This document shows positions 1 through 12,035 of a stretch of DNA of 64,000 nt, one piece after another. The DNA lies in the NCBI GenBank assembly GCA_973895155.1, contig OZ316894.1, positions 7,464,234 through 7,528,233 on the forward strand. The letters are read 5' to 3'. The notes under the pieces were generated by a model that was not told where the DNA came from, ran no database searches, and saw nothing but the letters and a program-made list of their open reading frames with translations. Each line of letters starts with the position of its first letter. Position 1 is the first letter of the stretch. Source of the DNA: Marsupella aquatica. Lineage: Eukaryota; Plantae; Marchantiophyta. A program made the position numbers and the translations under genes.

Positions 1-2830
1 GTGGACCTGCCCAATTCTGCCGGTCAGTCCTATTCACATCATCCCAAGCCATGCCATGTTCATGAATTGGATAATGATTGTAGACATTAGCTACATAAGA
101 TAAAGATGCATGTTGATCTCCTAGCACCAGTAAAGAAGACACTCTATCTAAGAGGTTTAACATCTTTTTCCCATTATGAGGTTGGTCTTGGTCACCAAAG
201 CCATACAAATCTCCATTTGGTAGAATTGAAACAGAGTATGTCCACCCTTCCCACCCAACTCCGTACCTTGGGTATGATCCATTCTGCCCTCTGTGATCTT
301 CCAGCATCAACTTTTGGCGACGTGCATCACCATCACTAGCATGTCCAAGCAAAGGGCCTACCATAGCTCTACAGTATTCATCCCAAAAAGCCTTTAACTG
401 GACCCAATGCTCTCATACCCAAGAAGCTGTGAACTTATTACAAGTTGGAAGTGCACACACAGCCAATTTAGGTAAGGACTCATGCAGAGGATTCACAATC
501 ACAACTCGGGCATACATGCTCTTGGGGCATTGTTCAAATGTACTTACAATTTTATCATACCCCTCATCACCTTCACCAACTAGAATTTCCAAACCATAGG
601 AGCATACATGCTGCTCTGAAGGTCCACAGAAACCAATGAGAGTATCATACTTTGCCTCCCACCTGAAACACAGACATGCAATTTTTCAATATCACAGCAA
701 TTCCAGCCAAGTGCTACTTGTAAAGTCATTAAAAAAACAATTGGAAAAATGTCCAGTTCCAATTACCTAGGGCGTTCTTTGATCCTTGTTTCATCCTCAG
801 CAAAGATAACAGGCACATCCCCCGCAATGCCCAATGAGTGCTTTGCAGCAGACAACACTCTAGCAATCTCCTGAAAGGTTTCCTTCCGTAACCCGGTTCA
901 AAAAGGTGTGAGTTTTGCTCTATCACGTTTTAGGGTCACAAGGCTAGGGGCTGTCAAGTTTCATGCAAAACAATGAGCAACTTGACGGCCCCCAAATTGG
1001 AACATAGCCTGAGCAATAGCTCGAGTCCTATTACTGTAACGATTACTTTTTGGCTTCCTGCCTAAATTGCGAGCTACATCCTTCAAGAAATCCCACAAAC
1101 CCTCCTTACCACCAAATGCACCATTCCTGTGTCCATTCAAAATACTCCTAAGAAACAATCTCAAATCCTTCCTGTCTGCTGCAACTCCTAACAACTCCTC
1201 TAGTTTGCGTTTCTTGGTGCTCAAGGCACATACTTTCTGAGCCTGCAAAGCTAACAACCAACGCTCTTTTTGTCGCACAAAGTTCAGCTTGTGCACTTGA
1301 TCTCTTAACTCTGTGTTGGTCAAATAATCCAAACGTATACCACTAGCAGTGGTTCGGCTCGATCCCTCTGTGGACTACTGCTTTCGCTTCCTTGTGCACC
1401 CGTCCACGAAAATCATCTTCTAGTGTTATAGAATCACATTCACTACAAGTTAGATTTTCAAATCCTCCTCCATTCTGTGATAACCTCAAGCAATCCTTGT
1501 GTCTGAAACAGCCTGCTATACTCACAACACTCTCTCTACTTGGATGGAAAACATCCAAGCAACAACTTGGCTCACAATGCCATGTAATTCCCCCAGACTG
1601 ATCATCCAAAATGCCAGAAATATCATAAGATATACCCTTCCATAACAGTCGAGGCACACCTCTCTCTACCCATAATCCCCAGCAAAGCAAACTCAGACCA
1701 AGATCAACACACGTGAACCTGAACCTGAACTGCTGCCTGTCCGGGACCCATCATCTTTAAAGAACTTCAAAATCCCGCTCTGACCAGGATGTAGGTCCCT
1801 AGAATCAGTCCTCTTTGGCCTGCCCCTCTTCCCAGACCTCAAGGCAAGCATTTTTGTGTCATGCCTAGTCTCCAATGCATCCAAGTGATCTCGACTCACT
1901 AAGTGTGTCCTCAAATTGGGCTCCAAGGTAAGCTTCTTGGGGCACAAGTCAGTGTGAAGCATTCCACAGACAGTACAGCGAACCTTAAACAGGAAAGACC
2001 TGTTTACATACTCAGGAGTACTGGGATCAGGAACAATAGAGAATAGTTTGCCATCATCCCCAAGCTCAGCATTCAATCGCTGAACTATCTCAACACCTAC
2101 TTTGATGGCGTCTGCATGATCATATTCTGGCTTCTCAGAGATGTCTGCTACCTGAACCAAAGTAGAAGGAATGCCCCTTCTCCGACAATAGTTATCCTTG
2201 TGCTTATTGAAGACCAAGTGTTTGGTCTTAAAATTACTAAAGCAATTGGAGATGGATTTAGGGTTCTGAGAGTTGTCTGCATTGCCATAAGTTTCCCTAC
2301 ATTCAAGACACTCCAGATGCCCTCGAACATCTGTCCCCTCATCCTAGGTACGAATTCTCCAATTGTGATCACCATAACCCTTCTTATGTACCCATTTCTC
2401 TAACCTCATCCACTCATCTTGATGGGACATCTCCCATCAATTGTGACTCAAAAGAAGCCCTTACAGGGGAGGGTGCTGGTGCTGTTGGCCCCAGTTGTGG
2501 TGTCCCAGTATTTGGACCCAATGATGCAGGAGTGCAAGGATGATAGGATACTGGTGGGATCCTCCCACCATCTCCAAGTTCTTGTTGTACAACAATAACT
2601 CTTCCATCCAGCTCAAACAGATCAACTAATTTCTCATGTACAAGTTTCACTCGACCAGGAAGTCTCTCATCCCAAAAATCAAAGTCAAAGTCTAGAGTAG
2701 AGGCAATACGAGCCCTAAAATCATGTAGGGTGTGTCCTTCTTTGAATGGCAAAACACAGATTGGTAAATCAGCCTTGTCATCCCCAACTTTGCGTATTAA
2801 TTTAACATAGTTGGGTTTAGGGGCTGCCAT
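1..2830 (-). pseudogene. Decayed P-element/THAP9-like DDE transposase, running off the window start
   Basis: Joining the minus-strand ORF pieces across stops and frameshifts gives an N-terminus with CxxC...H...H motifs, then RYSNRTRAIAQAMFQFGG..NLTAPSLVTLKR. Next come VIFAEDETRIKERPR|WEAKYDTLIGFCG (GT-AG intron 766-663), GPLLGHASDGDARRQKLML, GDQDQPHNGKKM (D(2)H) and DDVNRTDRQNWA. The order DE..IK / SDG / DxxH matches P-superfamily transposases. Confidence 0.7.
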
Positions 2831-3429
2831 TGCAATACAAATCTAGAACATGCATAGCACCATTGCTTTTGGAGTCAATAACAGAAAGACCTGCACAAAT
2901 ACATTTGAAATACACACAAGGGAAACACATTAGGATCTTCAAGAGATGCAATGACAACATACACATTCTCATGTAATGTACATAATGTCAGCATACATTT
3001 AACAATAGAAGTGCTAATAGGCCAAAACACTTTATAATGCAATCCGTCATACATGCAAATGTATTCAGTGAAAATCATGATATACCGTTAAAGTTGGATA
3101 AAATATCTTTGGACAAAATATCCTTTTCGCCTGCTTTTCTAACAATTCCCGAGGTTTAGTGCTTCTGCTCATCAAAATGCAGCACTATTAGTGACCTTAA
3201 TTATGACAAAATGTCAACACTAATAAAATTGGGTACTACCACCCATGATGCACCTTAAGTATGTGCCTTGCTCATACCCCACTAAGACGTTGAAACCTAA
3301 GTAATAGGTTTGTTCATTATTCAGATCACTGGAGCCATGAAATGTGGTCCCTGATTGGAGTCTTGAGGTGTGGATCAATAGGATGACGGGGGCAATAAAA
3401 CATCTGTCGCTGTTGTCCATGTGCTTCAT

Positions 3430-4074
3430 GTCCCAGATGTCCCTATCATGAGCAAACCCTTTGCTTTTGATCATCTGGAGACAATCTGTATGCTAGGCAT
3501 TTGGACATCGTAGACATTGTACCATGTTCTTGACCATCTAACCCTCAAGACTCTGATAACATGTCACACATGTATGCAGTGGGCAGGACTTTGCATCAGC
3601 TACCAAACACCCAAAGCAATAAAATCGTACACAAAAATGATCAGAGCATTTTCGCACAATTGTAGGTGACGGTCCCACAGTGCGGCACCCATAACACATG
3701 GCCTGGTCCTGGTTACAATTTGGGCAAAACCATGGCTTCCCTCCATGATGGAGGGGAAGGACTACACAGGGGCAAGAGTCATTTGGGGCTTCATCTCCAA
3801 CCACATAATGAAATTGCCTGTGACATGGCCCATCACAAATTACCAACTTCCCACCATGCTCACAAATTGCACAAACATGAGGGCTGGTTTGTAGAATCTC
3901 TTGCTCAGAGAACAAGGGAATACGCAATACCTCTTCTAAAGAGGCTCCTCTGTCAGAGGACTGTGTTTCTTTCTTTATGTTTGAAGTCCTTGTCGGCATG
4001 GTTACAACTGAAATCATCACAAAGCACATCGCATATGAGAGGGACATGTATGATAGTGGGCAATCCATAGACAA
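3430..4074 (-). pseudogene. EDM2/NSD-like tandem atypical PHD fingers (transposon-borne gene, 3' part)
   Basis: CAICEHGGKLVICDGPCHRQFH...C...WFCPNC..DQAMCYGC...KCSDHFCVRFYCFGC...SCPLHTCVTC, continuing past stops as VQCLRCPNA*HTDCL...RDIWD. The Cys/His spacing follows the EDM2 PHD cluster. In-frame stops are present. Confidence 0.7.
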
Positions 4075-4107
4075 AGATAAGGTTAATCATAGCACTTGGA
4101 GAAATCC

Positions 4108-4906
4108 TGTGACGCCGCCGGTACGGCGGTTAATGAGTGATTCAGTCTAACTGCGCTCGGCACGCGCATTAGGTGGGTCTTAGGCCGCTATTATTAGCAT
4201 AACGACAGTATTTAGGTAATCATTAGGGGTAGGACATCATTAGGCAATAAGGGGGGGTTTTTAGTTTCAGAGTCGGACATCTGCGGGACATGCGGGGAGT
4301 CCCGACCTCTGGGAATGACAGAGTACCAAGGGGAGGGGGTAGGACTAAGCTCGCCGGGCGAGTGCGGAGCCGGGCTCCGTTGTAGTGTGCACCCTTGGCC
4401 TTGAACCTGTGCATTCCAGGGCTGTCGTGTCAACTAAGTGTACGCATATGTTCCCTTTGTAGTAAAATCCTTTCCCATCATTTTTCCTTCATGTAAATCG
4501 AGATTGTATGCATGTGTGCGCATATATGTGTGGGTTTCTCGTATATGGGTGGCAGCGCTGGGCCGAACGCACTACCCGAGACGTGCACAGGGTGCAGCCT
4601 GCGGATAAGTGGTTGCAAGCACGGGTTGAGGACCTGTATCATCGAATCCGGATCGAAGGCGGACAGCACGAAGGCTTAGAAGCCCTTAAGCCGGGGTCGA
4701 TCCTGCTATCGACTAAGGTACGTTCCGGCGGCGGAACACAAACCATACCTAGGAGGTGTCCGTATTTAGCAGTATGCGCACTTAGCGCTAGTTTACGAGA
4801 ATAAGGTGCATTACGTGCTTCCCTTCCTGCCCGAACCCTCAGATTTACGAGGGATGTGCCCGTCTAAGCTGAAGTCTGAGTTAAGGCCGAAGCCTACGAC
4901 GTGACA
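4108..4906 (+). repeat. 5' LTR of gypsy element (799 bp)
   Basis: Direct repeat of 10978-11775; about 8 transitions and 1 indel by manual comparison. Confidence 0.96.
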
Positions 4907-4918
4907 TAGCCTTTGTTT

Positions 4919-4936
4919 TGGCGCTAGATGGAGGGG
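4919..4936 (+). promoter_or_regulatory. Primer-binding site, probably tRNA-Asn
   Basis: TGGCGCTAGATGGAGGGG lies 12 bp after the LTR. It is complementary, with 1 mismatch, to the plant tRNA-Asn 3' end CCCCTCCTTCTAGCGCCA as recalled. Confidence 0.7.
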
Positions 4937-5028
4937 GCACTCTACATATCGTAGAGGGAGACATGTGCGTATTCACCTAGGCAGGATACATCAGGACGTA
5001 GTACTAACCATTGCATTTATATGAGTAA

Positions 5029-8000
5029 ATGCCCGTCACTCGTTCTCAAGCAGCTTACTTGAGGAGATTGACCAGCGAACGAGAAAGTGCAACCATAACA
5101 AGCTCCGACTCGTCGGGCTCGGAGGACTCGCAATCGTCCCGACGTATGAACATACCCCCGGGATCTTCGGGGTCCGGTTCGACCGGCCCTGCTGCGGTTC
5201 CACCACCACCACCACCACCACCACCACCACCACCACCTATGGCAGCCGCTCCACCGGTGGCCCGCGCTGCTCAGGCGCCTCCACAAATATCGCAACGATC
5301 GCGATTTCATTATCGACCTTTCAAAGGGCGTCATGGGGATGATCCGGATGAATGGTTGGATGAGTTTGAAGCCACTGCTAAAGCTAATGGGGAAGACGCC
5401 ATTAAGCTAACCGTCCTCCCGGGAGTAATGCGGGGAGAAGCTCGTCCATGGTACAACTCGTTACCACCCGGGACTACCTGGGCACAATTCCAAGCTGCAT
5501 TGCTGCAGGAGTTTCGTGCCATTGGATCAGAACAGCGTTCTCTATTAAAGATTGGCCAGCTTCGCATGGGAAAAAAAGAGTCCCTGCGGAAGTTCATTCA
5601 GAAGTTTCAGAAACTTGCGGCCAAGATCCGGCCCAGGCCAGGAGACGCGCTCCAGCTTACATGGTTCCTTCATGGTTTGCCCATGAATATGCAATTCTGG
5701 GTACGCCAGAATAATCCAATTTCAATGCAGGCGGCCATAGCGTGCGCCGAAACTTACCGGGAGTCCACCTATAACTCCCGGCGGAGCCAGCGAGCACGCC
5801 GCAGGAAGGGTAAGTACGAAACCTTCAGTGACAGTGACTCCGAATCGGACAACGAGAGGAAGAAGAAATGGAAGAAGAAGAAGAAACATCGTTCGACCTT
5901 GTCCAGCTCCGAGACGGAATCCAGTTCGGATTCAGCTTCAAGCATCGGATCCTCTACCTCCAGTTCATCAGGAAGTGACTTGGAGAGCGAAAGCCGGAGC
6001 AAAAAGAAGAAGAGACGAGTGAAGAAGGAGGGGAAGATTAAACCCTGGGCGCGAAGAACGATACCAGATCCAAAGGCTGCCGAAGCAGACAAGCTGAACG
6101 AAATCACGGATCGACTCAAAGCACTGTCAGTACATCTTGTGGAGAAGCCGGTGGAGAAGAAGAAGCCATCTGAGATTCGAGCCCATGCGTGGTGTTCAAA
6201 GTGCTTCCAATCCGGCCATGTGGTGCAGGAATGCCCAAGGTGGAAGAACCGAGTTCACCAAGTAGAGCTGGATGATGTTGACAACCCGGGCCCCGAATCG
6301 GAGTCCACGGAGTATTTCTTTGAGGACCCTCCTGATTCCGTGTACCAGATTTCAACGGTTGGTCCGCGTAATTTAGCGGGTAGAACTGCGTACCCCTACC
6401 CAAGTAATGGCCGGAGTTTCCAGGTTATCAGTAACCCGAGCATCCCTCCTAAGCCAGGGATTTGGCGGTCCCCGGTTTGTTACAACTGTGAAAAGCCAGG
6501 ACACTTTGCGAGGGAATGCACCGAACCAAGACGTCAGGGAGATGGCCGAGGCACCCCACTATGTCAAGTTTGCAAAACGGAGGCTCATTCCATGGCCAAC
6601 TGTCCGTTGGTAATCGCTGCTCGAACGAGTGCGGCTAGACCGGCCCAGGCTGGACCAGTCACGAGCGATGCAGTCGTCCAAATGATTGCTGTAGAATGGC
6701 AAGATGACAACACCGAGTGGGTGAATCTGGTGGACGTGGCGGAACACCCTAATCCATTGGATGAGGCCGAGTGCTACCGAGTGTCGACAAGGGCCAAACG
6801 GAGGAAAAAGCAAGATACTACTCCGGTGCAGCCAGCGATAAATATACCCCCGGAAAAGGACGATGACTACCGACGGGACGACCCGAAGCTGTTTTTCCCC
6901 CGCATCGAAGAATTAGTAAAGAAACAGCTGGAGGCTTACGAAGCTCGGGAATACCAGAAGGCAATCGATAAGGACATCAAAGCAGCCGAGACAGCCCGGC
7001 GTCAGGAGCAAGAAAAGCAAGATAAACAAGAGGAAGCCAAGCAGCAGCCAACGAAAGAAACAAAGGAGGACTATGATATTAAGGAGGACGTGAAGAGTTG
7101 CCCGGTTACAGCGACGGTGGGGCAACTGCTGCAGAACAACCCACAGTACAGACGACAACTGAGGGAGTTGCTCATGGGTCGCCGAAGGAGAAGACTACCC
7201 CGAGTTGGGAGTGCGGACTGCAACATGATATGCGAGGACCTTGGAGCGCCGGACATCTCGATCAAAATTAATAACTGTACCATCAAGATGGTTCTTGTAG
7301 ACGGAGGAGCGGGAGTCAACATCATGACTGAAGAAACGTCAGTCAAGTTAGGATACCTCACGTATCAACCCACGGCCCGAGCTATCAGATTAGCAAACGG
7401 GGCAAGGGTCCTCCCATTAGGCACGCTCACACGAGTGCTCACTCTGGTGGGAGGGGTAGAGTTCTATCTCAACTTCTTAGTCATGAGGCCGGTTCGTCCC
7501 TCCTCTTATCCGGTTCTTCTGGGCAGGCCGTGGCTGTACGGTGGCCGTGTAGTCACGGATTGGGGAAAGAAGGAGCTACGGTTCGGGGAACCCACCGTAC
7601 GGGTATCCTGGGCAATGGACGATTATCAGGGAGAAACCCCACAAGGACCCGAGGAATATGATTCGGAGACCTCGGAGGAAGAGGAACTCAATATGATCGA
7701 ACTCATCTCGTCCCTATCCGAGGAAGATGTCTTCGGAGTTGAAGCAACCCGAGAAACACATCTCCTAAATTACCCGAGGGCTGCCATTGAGTCCACCCCA
7801 AGTACATCTACTGTCGGGGATGAGGAAACGCACGAACAACTCGTCGAGACGGAGGACACGGCTCCAGCCAAGCAGGGAGCCGAGGCTACTCCTTCCATTT
7901 CAGAGCCTTGTAACCATGAACCAGCCCAACAACCGCCTGAGGCCGAAAACTCGAGACCGAGACATAAAAAGCAAGTCTCATGGGATCCGTCCATTCCACA

Positions 8001-11000
8001 ATTGGAGGAAGTAAACCCCATCCCGAGACCAATCCCGGTCCCACCCATGTACGGAGGGGTTCGGTTAGCTGAGCTTGACGCGAGCCTGGACCCGAGTCTG
8101 CGAAACCAGGTTGAAGTCATCAGGAAGGAGCACTACCGGAAGTACACTATTGGGATGGACAAATCTTTTAACCTGGGCCACGCTTTGACGGGGAAGGCTG
8201 AAAAAGCCATCCAAGCTTTGCTCAAGGAATATGAAGATGTGTTTGCATGGAGTCATCATGATTTAACAGGCGTCTCCCCCGAGTTGGGAGAACACACAAT
8301 CGATCTGAACCTAGGAGCCCATGCGGTACGACAGCGACAACGTCGCATGAATCCGAGGTACTCCATCTTAGTGAAGGAGGAAATTGATCGTCTCCTCGCC
8401 GCCGATATCATTTACCCGGTAATGGCCAGCGGCTGGGTCTCTCCCATTGTCATTGTACCAAAGAAGGGAGGTACGGATGGAAAACCTAAGATTCGTATCT
8501 GTCAGGACTACTGTAAGCTGAATGACGCAACCCGAAAAGACCATTACCCATTACCATTCACGGATATGGTTCTAGATATGGTGGCCCGAAATGAAATCTA
8601 TACATTTCTTGACGGGTATTCAGGTTATAACCAAATCTGGATTCGTCTCGCGGATCAGCTCAAAACAACTTTCACTACGGAGTGGGGAACGTTTGCATTT
8701 CGGAGGATGCCTTTTGGTCTGTGTAACGCCCCGGCTATGTTTCAGCGCCTTATGATGAATATCTTCCACGATTTCCTACGGGAATTTTTGGAGATATTTA
8801 TCGATGACTTTGCCATCTTCGGAACCGTTGCCATGCACCCCGAACACCTACAACGAACATTGCAACGATGCCGAGATGTTAACCTCAAACTACATCCCGC
8901 CAAATGCTTCTTCGGGGTAGAGGAGGGGGTGTTACTCGGGCATCGTGTGTCCAAACGGGGCATTGAGGTGGACCAAGAGAAAGTTGCGGCCTGGATGGCG
9001 GTGGTGTTCCCCTTGGATCAAAAAGCAGTACGATCCTTCTTGGGCTGCGTAGGGTATTACCGCCGGTTCATTAAAGACTTTGCTAAAATTGCGTTGCCCT
9101 TAACTGAGATGATGAAGAAGGACGCAGCGGTCGAGGAGACACCCCGGAGACGGATTGCTTTTGAGGAACTCCGTAAACGACTCACCACCGCGCCTATCAT
9201 GGTCACCCCAGACTGGAATAAGGAGTTCCACGTGTATGTCAATGTGTCAGGGTTCTGTATCGGATCCGTACTTAGTCAGCTAGATGAGGATGGACGTGAT
9301 CACCCCATCTATTTCGCTAGCCGTCAACTATTTGCAGCCGAAAAGAATTATTCCCCCACTGATCGAGAAGCTTTGGGAATAATCTACTCGTGTAAAAAGT
9401 TCCGACACTATCTGCTAGGCTACAAGGTCATTTTCCACACGGATCATGATAGCCTGAAGTACATGGTCAACAAAGCGGATGTGACAGGACGGATAGCCCG
9501 GTGGGTGCTACTTCTCCAGGAATTTAATTACGAAGTTCGGGTTCGGCCAGGAAGGGTACACCTCAATGCCGATTTCTTTTCACGACTGGACGGCGTACCA
9601 GTCGATCAGCCAATTGATGATATTTTTCCGGATGAGGAGTTGTTCCACGTGGGGGAAGGGACACCAACGTGGTACGGCTCAATAATCACCTTCCTTTTAA
9701 CGGGCCGCATCCCTGACGGCATCAATCAGGAGGCCGCCGCTGTGTTTTTACGGAAAGCCGGGCCTTATGTCATGATACAGGGTCACCTACATAAGGAAGG
9801 TATTAACGGAAAGTTACGACGCTGCTTAGAGTATAAGGAGACACTTATCGTGATACGGGCCCTGCATAAAGAAGAAGCTGGAGGCCATTTCGCGGCAGTT
9901 ACGACAGCCCGAAAGATTCTGGACTTGGGGTATTGGTGGCCTACGTTGCATCGGGATGTACAGCGCTTCATTAAGGGCTGTGACTTGTGTCAGCGAGCGG
10001 GGGCCCCGAGGCGGGCTCATCATCACCCGCTCACATCTGTGCTTCCATTGGCACCATTCAAAAAATGGGGAATTGATTATATCGGACCGTTCACTCCCGT
10101 TACCCGAAGGCGAAGGTGCAGGTACATCCTATTAGCTATTGATTACTCCACCAAATGGGTCGAAGCGCGGGCTACGGTAAAGGACGACGCCGCAACCAGT
10201 GCCAGATTCTTATACGAACAGATTTTCACCCGATTCGGACCGCCCTTAGAATTGGTAAGCGACCGTGGAACCCACTTCCTCAATGACACCGTAGCCCAGC
10301 TTACGGAGCGTTACCTAGTCAAGCACCGCAAGACTACCCCATATCATCCTAAAGCCAACGGGATGGCGGAGAGAGCAAATGGTATCATCGGGAAGATCCT
10401 CAACAAAACTGTAGCTGCGCACAAAACGGATTGGGATGATAAGTTGTACGCGGCGGTGTACTCGTATAATCTAGCTTACAAAACTACTACGAGTCATAGC
10501 CCGTACTTTCTGGTGTTCGGCCAACATTTGTTGGTGCCCGTCGAATTTGAAGTGCACACTCCACGGGTCAGCATTCGGGATCGCTTACCTGAATCTGAAA
10601 GTCTGTCAGACCGAGCTTATCAGATTGAAGCCTTGGAAGAAGCACGGCTACTGGCAGCTCGACACACCGTGAAGAAACAGGCAACTTCGAAGAAGCAGCA
10701 CGACAAAGGACTACGAAGGGTCGACGTCGTGGCAGGCGATCTAGTCCTTCTGTACGATAGTAGGTACATGCAGTTTCCAGGGAAGCTGCATACCCAGTGG
10801 TTGGGGCCCTTCCTTGTCAATCAGATCTACCGAAACGGATCTTTGGAGCTTGCGACGTATGCCGGCGATTTACTCCCCACGCGAATCAGCTACGATCGTG
10901 TAAAAAAGTACCACCATCAAGACGACGACGCCGATAGCGATGTTCGCGAGGACGCTTCACAATTAAGCAGGGAGCTATGTGACGCCGCCGGTACAGCGGT

Positions 11001-11010
11001 TAATGAGTGA
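5029..11010 (+). CDS. Gypsy Gag-Pol polyprotein (1993 aa, single ORF)
   Basis: Gag; three CCHC knuckles (CSKCFQSGHVVQEC, CYNCEKPGHFAREC, CQVCKTEAHSMANC); protease LVDGGA; RT with MPFGL and FIDD; RNase H; integrase with HHCC and WGIDY/SDRG/ERAN. The stop codon lies inside the 3' LTR. Confidence 0.95.
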   Translation: MPVTRSQAAYLRRLTSERESATITSSDSSGSEDSQSSRRMNIPPGSSGSGSTGPAAVPPPPPPPPPPPPPMAAAPPVARAAQAPPQISQRSRFHYRPFKGRHGDDPDEWLDEFEATAKANGEDAIKLTVLPGVMRGEARPWYNSLPPGTTWAQFQAALLQEFRAIGSEQRSLLKIGQLRMGKKESLRKFIQKFQKLAAKIRPRPGDALQLTWFLHGLPMNMQFWVRQNNPISMQAAIACAETYRESTYNSRRSQRARRRKGKYETFSDSDSESDNERKKKWKKKKKHRSTLSSSETESSSDSASSIGSSTSSSSGSDLESESRSKKKKRRVKKEGKIKPWARRTIPDPKAAEADKLNEITDRLKALSVHLVEKPVEKKKPSEIRAHAWCSKCFQSGHVVQECPRWKNRVHQVELDDVDNPGPESESTEYFFEDPPDSVYQISTVGPRNLAGRTAYPYPSNGRSFQVISNPSIPPKPGIWRSPVCYNCEKPGHFARECTEPRRQGDGRGTPLCQVCKTEAHSMANCPLVIAARTSAARPAQAGPVTSDAVVQMIAVEWQDDNTEWVNLVDVAEHPNPLDEAECYRVSTRAKRRKKQDTTPVQPAINIPPEKDDDYRRDDPKLFFPRIEELVKKQLEAYEAREYQKAIDKDIKAAETARRQEQEKQDKQEEAKQQPTKETKEDYDIKEDVKSCPVTATVGQLLQNNPQYRRQLRELLMGRRRRRLPRVGSADCNMICEDLGAPDISIKINNCTIKMVLVDGGAGVNIMTEETSVKLGYLTYQPTARAIRLANGARVLPLGTLTRVLTLVGGVEFYLNFLVMRPVRPSSYPVLLGRPWLYGGRVVTDWGKKELRFGEPTVRVSWAMDDYQGETPQGPEEYDSETSEEEELNMIELISSLSEEDVFGVEATRETHLLNYPRAAIESTPSTSTVGDEETHEQLVETEDTAPAKQGAEATPSISEPCNHEPAQQPPEAENSRPRHKKQVSWDPSIPQLEEVNPIPRPIPVPPMYGGVRLAELDASLDPSLRNQVEVIRKEHYRKYTIGMDKSFNLGHALTGKAEKAIQALLKEYEDVFAWSHHDLTGVSPELGEHTIDLNLGAHAVRQRQRRMNPRYSILVKEEIDRLLAADIIYPVMASGWVSPIVIVPKKGGTDGKPKIRICQDYCKLNDATRKDHYPLPFTDMVLDMVARNEIYTFLDGYSGYNQIWIRLADQLKTTFTTEWGTFAFRRMPFGLCNAPAMFQRLMMNIFHDFLREFLEIFIDDFAIFGTVAMHPEHLQRTLQRCRDVNLKLHPAKCFFGVEEGVLLGHRVSKRGIEVDQEKVAAWMAVVFPLDQKAVRSFLGCVGYYRRFIKDFAKIALPLTEMMKKDAAVEETPRRRIAFEELRKRLTTAPIMVTPDWNKEFHVYVNVSGFCIGSVLSQLDEDGRDHPIYFASRQLFAAEKNYSPTDREALGIIYSCKKFRHYLLGYKVIFHTDHDSLKYMVNKADVTGRIARWVLLLQEFNYEVRVRPGRVHLNADFFSRLDGVPVDQPIDDIFPDEELFHVGEGTPTWYGSIITFLLTGRIPDGINQEAAAVFLRKAGPYVMIQGHLHKEGINGKLRRCLEYKETLIVIRALHKEEAGGHFAAVTTARKILDLGYWWPTLHRDVQRFIKGCDLCQRAGAPRRAHHHPLTSVLPLAPFKKWGIDYIGPFTPVTRRRRCRYILLAIDYSTKWVEARATVKDDAATSARFLYEQIFTRFGPPLELVSDRGTHFLNDTVAQLTERYLVKHRKTTPYHPKANGMAERANGIIGKILNKTVAAHKTDWDDKLYAAVYSYNLAYKTTTSHSPYFLVFGQHLLVPVEFEVHTPRVSIRDRLPESESLSDRAYQIEALEEARLLAARHTVKKQATSKKQHDKGLRRVDVVAGDLVLLYDSRYMQFPGKLHTQWLGPFLVNQIYRNGSLELATYAGDLLPTRISYDRVKKYHHQDDDADSDVREDASQLSRELCDAAGTAVNE

Positions 11011-11775
11011 TTCAGTCTAACTGCGCTCGGCACGCGCATTAGGTGGGTCTTAGGCCGCTATTATTAGCATAACGACAGTATTTAGGTAATCATTAGGGGT
11101 AGGACATCATTAGGCAATAAGGGGGGGTTTTTAGTTTCAGAGTCGGACATCTGCGGGACATGCGGGGAGTCCCGACCTCTAGGAATGACAGAGTACCAAG
11201 GGGAGGGGGTAGGACTAAGCTCGCCGGGCGAGTGCGGAGCCGGGCTCCGTTGTAGTGTGCACCCTTGGCCTTGAACCTGTGCATTCCAGGGCTGTCGTGT
11301 CAACTAAGTGTACGCATATGTTCCCTTTGTAGTAAAATCCTTTCCCATCATTTTTCCTTCGTGTAAATCGAGATTGTATGCATGTGTGCGCATATATGTG
11401 TGGGTTTCTCGTATATGGGTGGCAGCGCCGGGCCGAACGCACTACCCGAGACGTGCACAGGGTGCAGCCTGCGGGTAAGTGGTTGCAAGCACGGGTTGAG
11501 GACCTATATCATCGAATCCGGATCGAAGGCGGACAGCACGAAGGCTTAGAAGCCCTTAAGCCGGGGTCGATCCTGCTATCGACTAAGGTACGTTCCGGCG
11601 GCGGAACACAAACCATACCTAGGAGGTGTCGTATTTAGCAGTATGCACACTTAGCGCTAGTTTACGAGAATAAGGTGCATTACGTGCTTCCCTTCCTGCC
11701 CGAACCCTCAGATTTATGAGGGATGTGCCCGTCTAAGCTGAAGTCTGAGTTAAGGCCGAAGCCTACGACGTGACA
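10978..11775 (+). repeat. 3' LTR of gypsy element (798 bp), preceded by a PPT
   Basis: Repeat of the 5' LTR; purine-rich AATTAAGCAGGGAGCTA immediately upstream. Confidence 0.96.
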
Positions 11776-12035
11776 AATCCACATTTCAAGTAGTTACAAA
11801 CCTGCTCCAATGATCTGCAAACCTCCCTCCCAGATGAAGTCAACTACACAGTGCAGCCTGGACACCCACCAACCAAGACATACATAAATACAATGCCAGC
11901 TTGCAAAACTTTGCCACATAATGGGAATGAAAATTATTCTCATATATCATGGATGGTACAATTGCAGCCTTGCAAACAAAGGCCTAGTCATCCCGCTAGT
12001 CATATATGAACAACGCATCCATGTACTATCAAGGA

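Larger units (their letters stand above)
4108..11775 (+). mobile_element. Full-length Ty3/gypsy LTR retrotransposon (non-chromovirus, Athila/Tat-like)
   Basis: TG...CA LTRs at 4108-4906 and 10978-11775; 5-bp TSD AATCC (4103-4107, 11776-11780); PBS and PPT present; PR-RT-RH-INT order; no chromodomain. Confidence 0.97.

Noticed and set aside
5017-5334. Poly-Trp and poly-Val ORFs
   Set aside because: These are antisense shadows of the (CCA)n poly-Pro tract in Gag.
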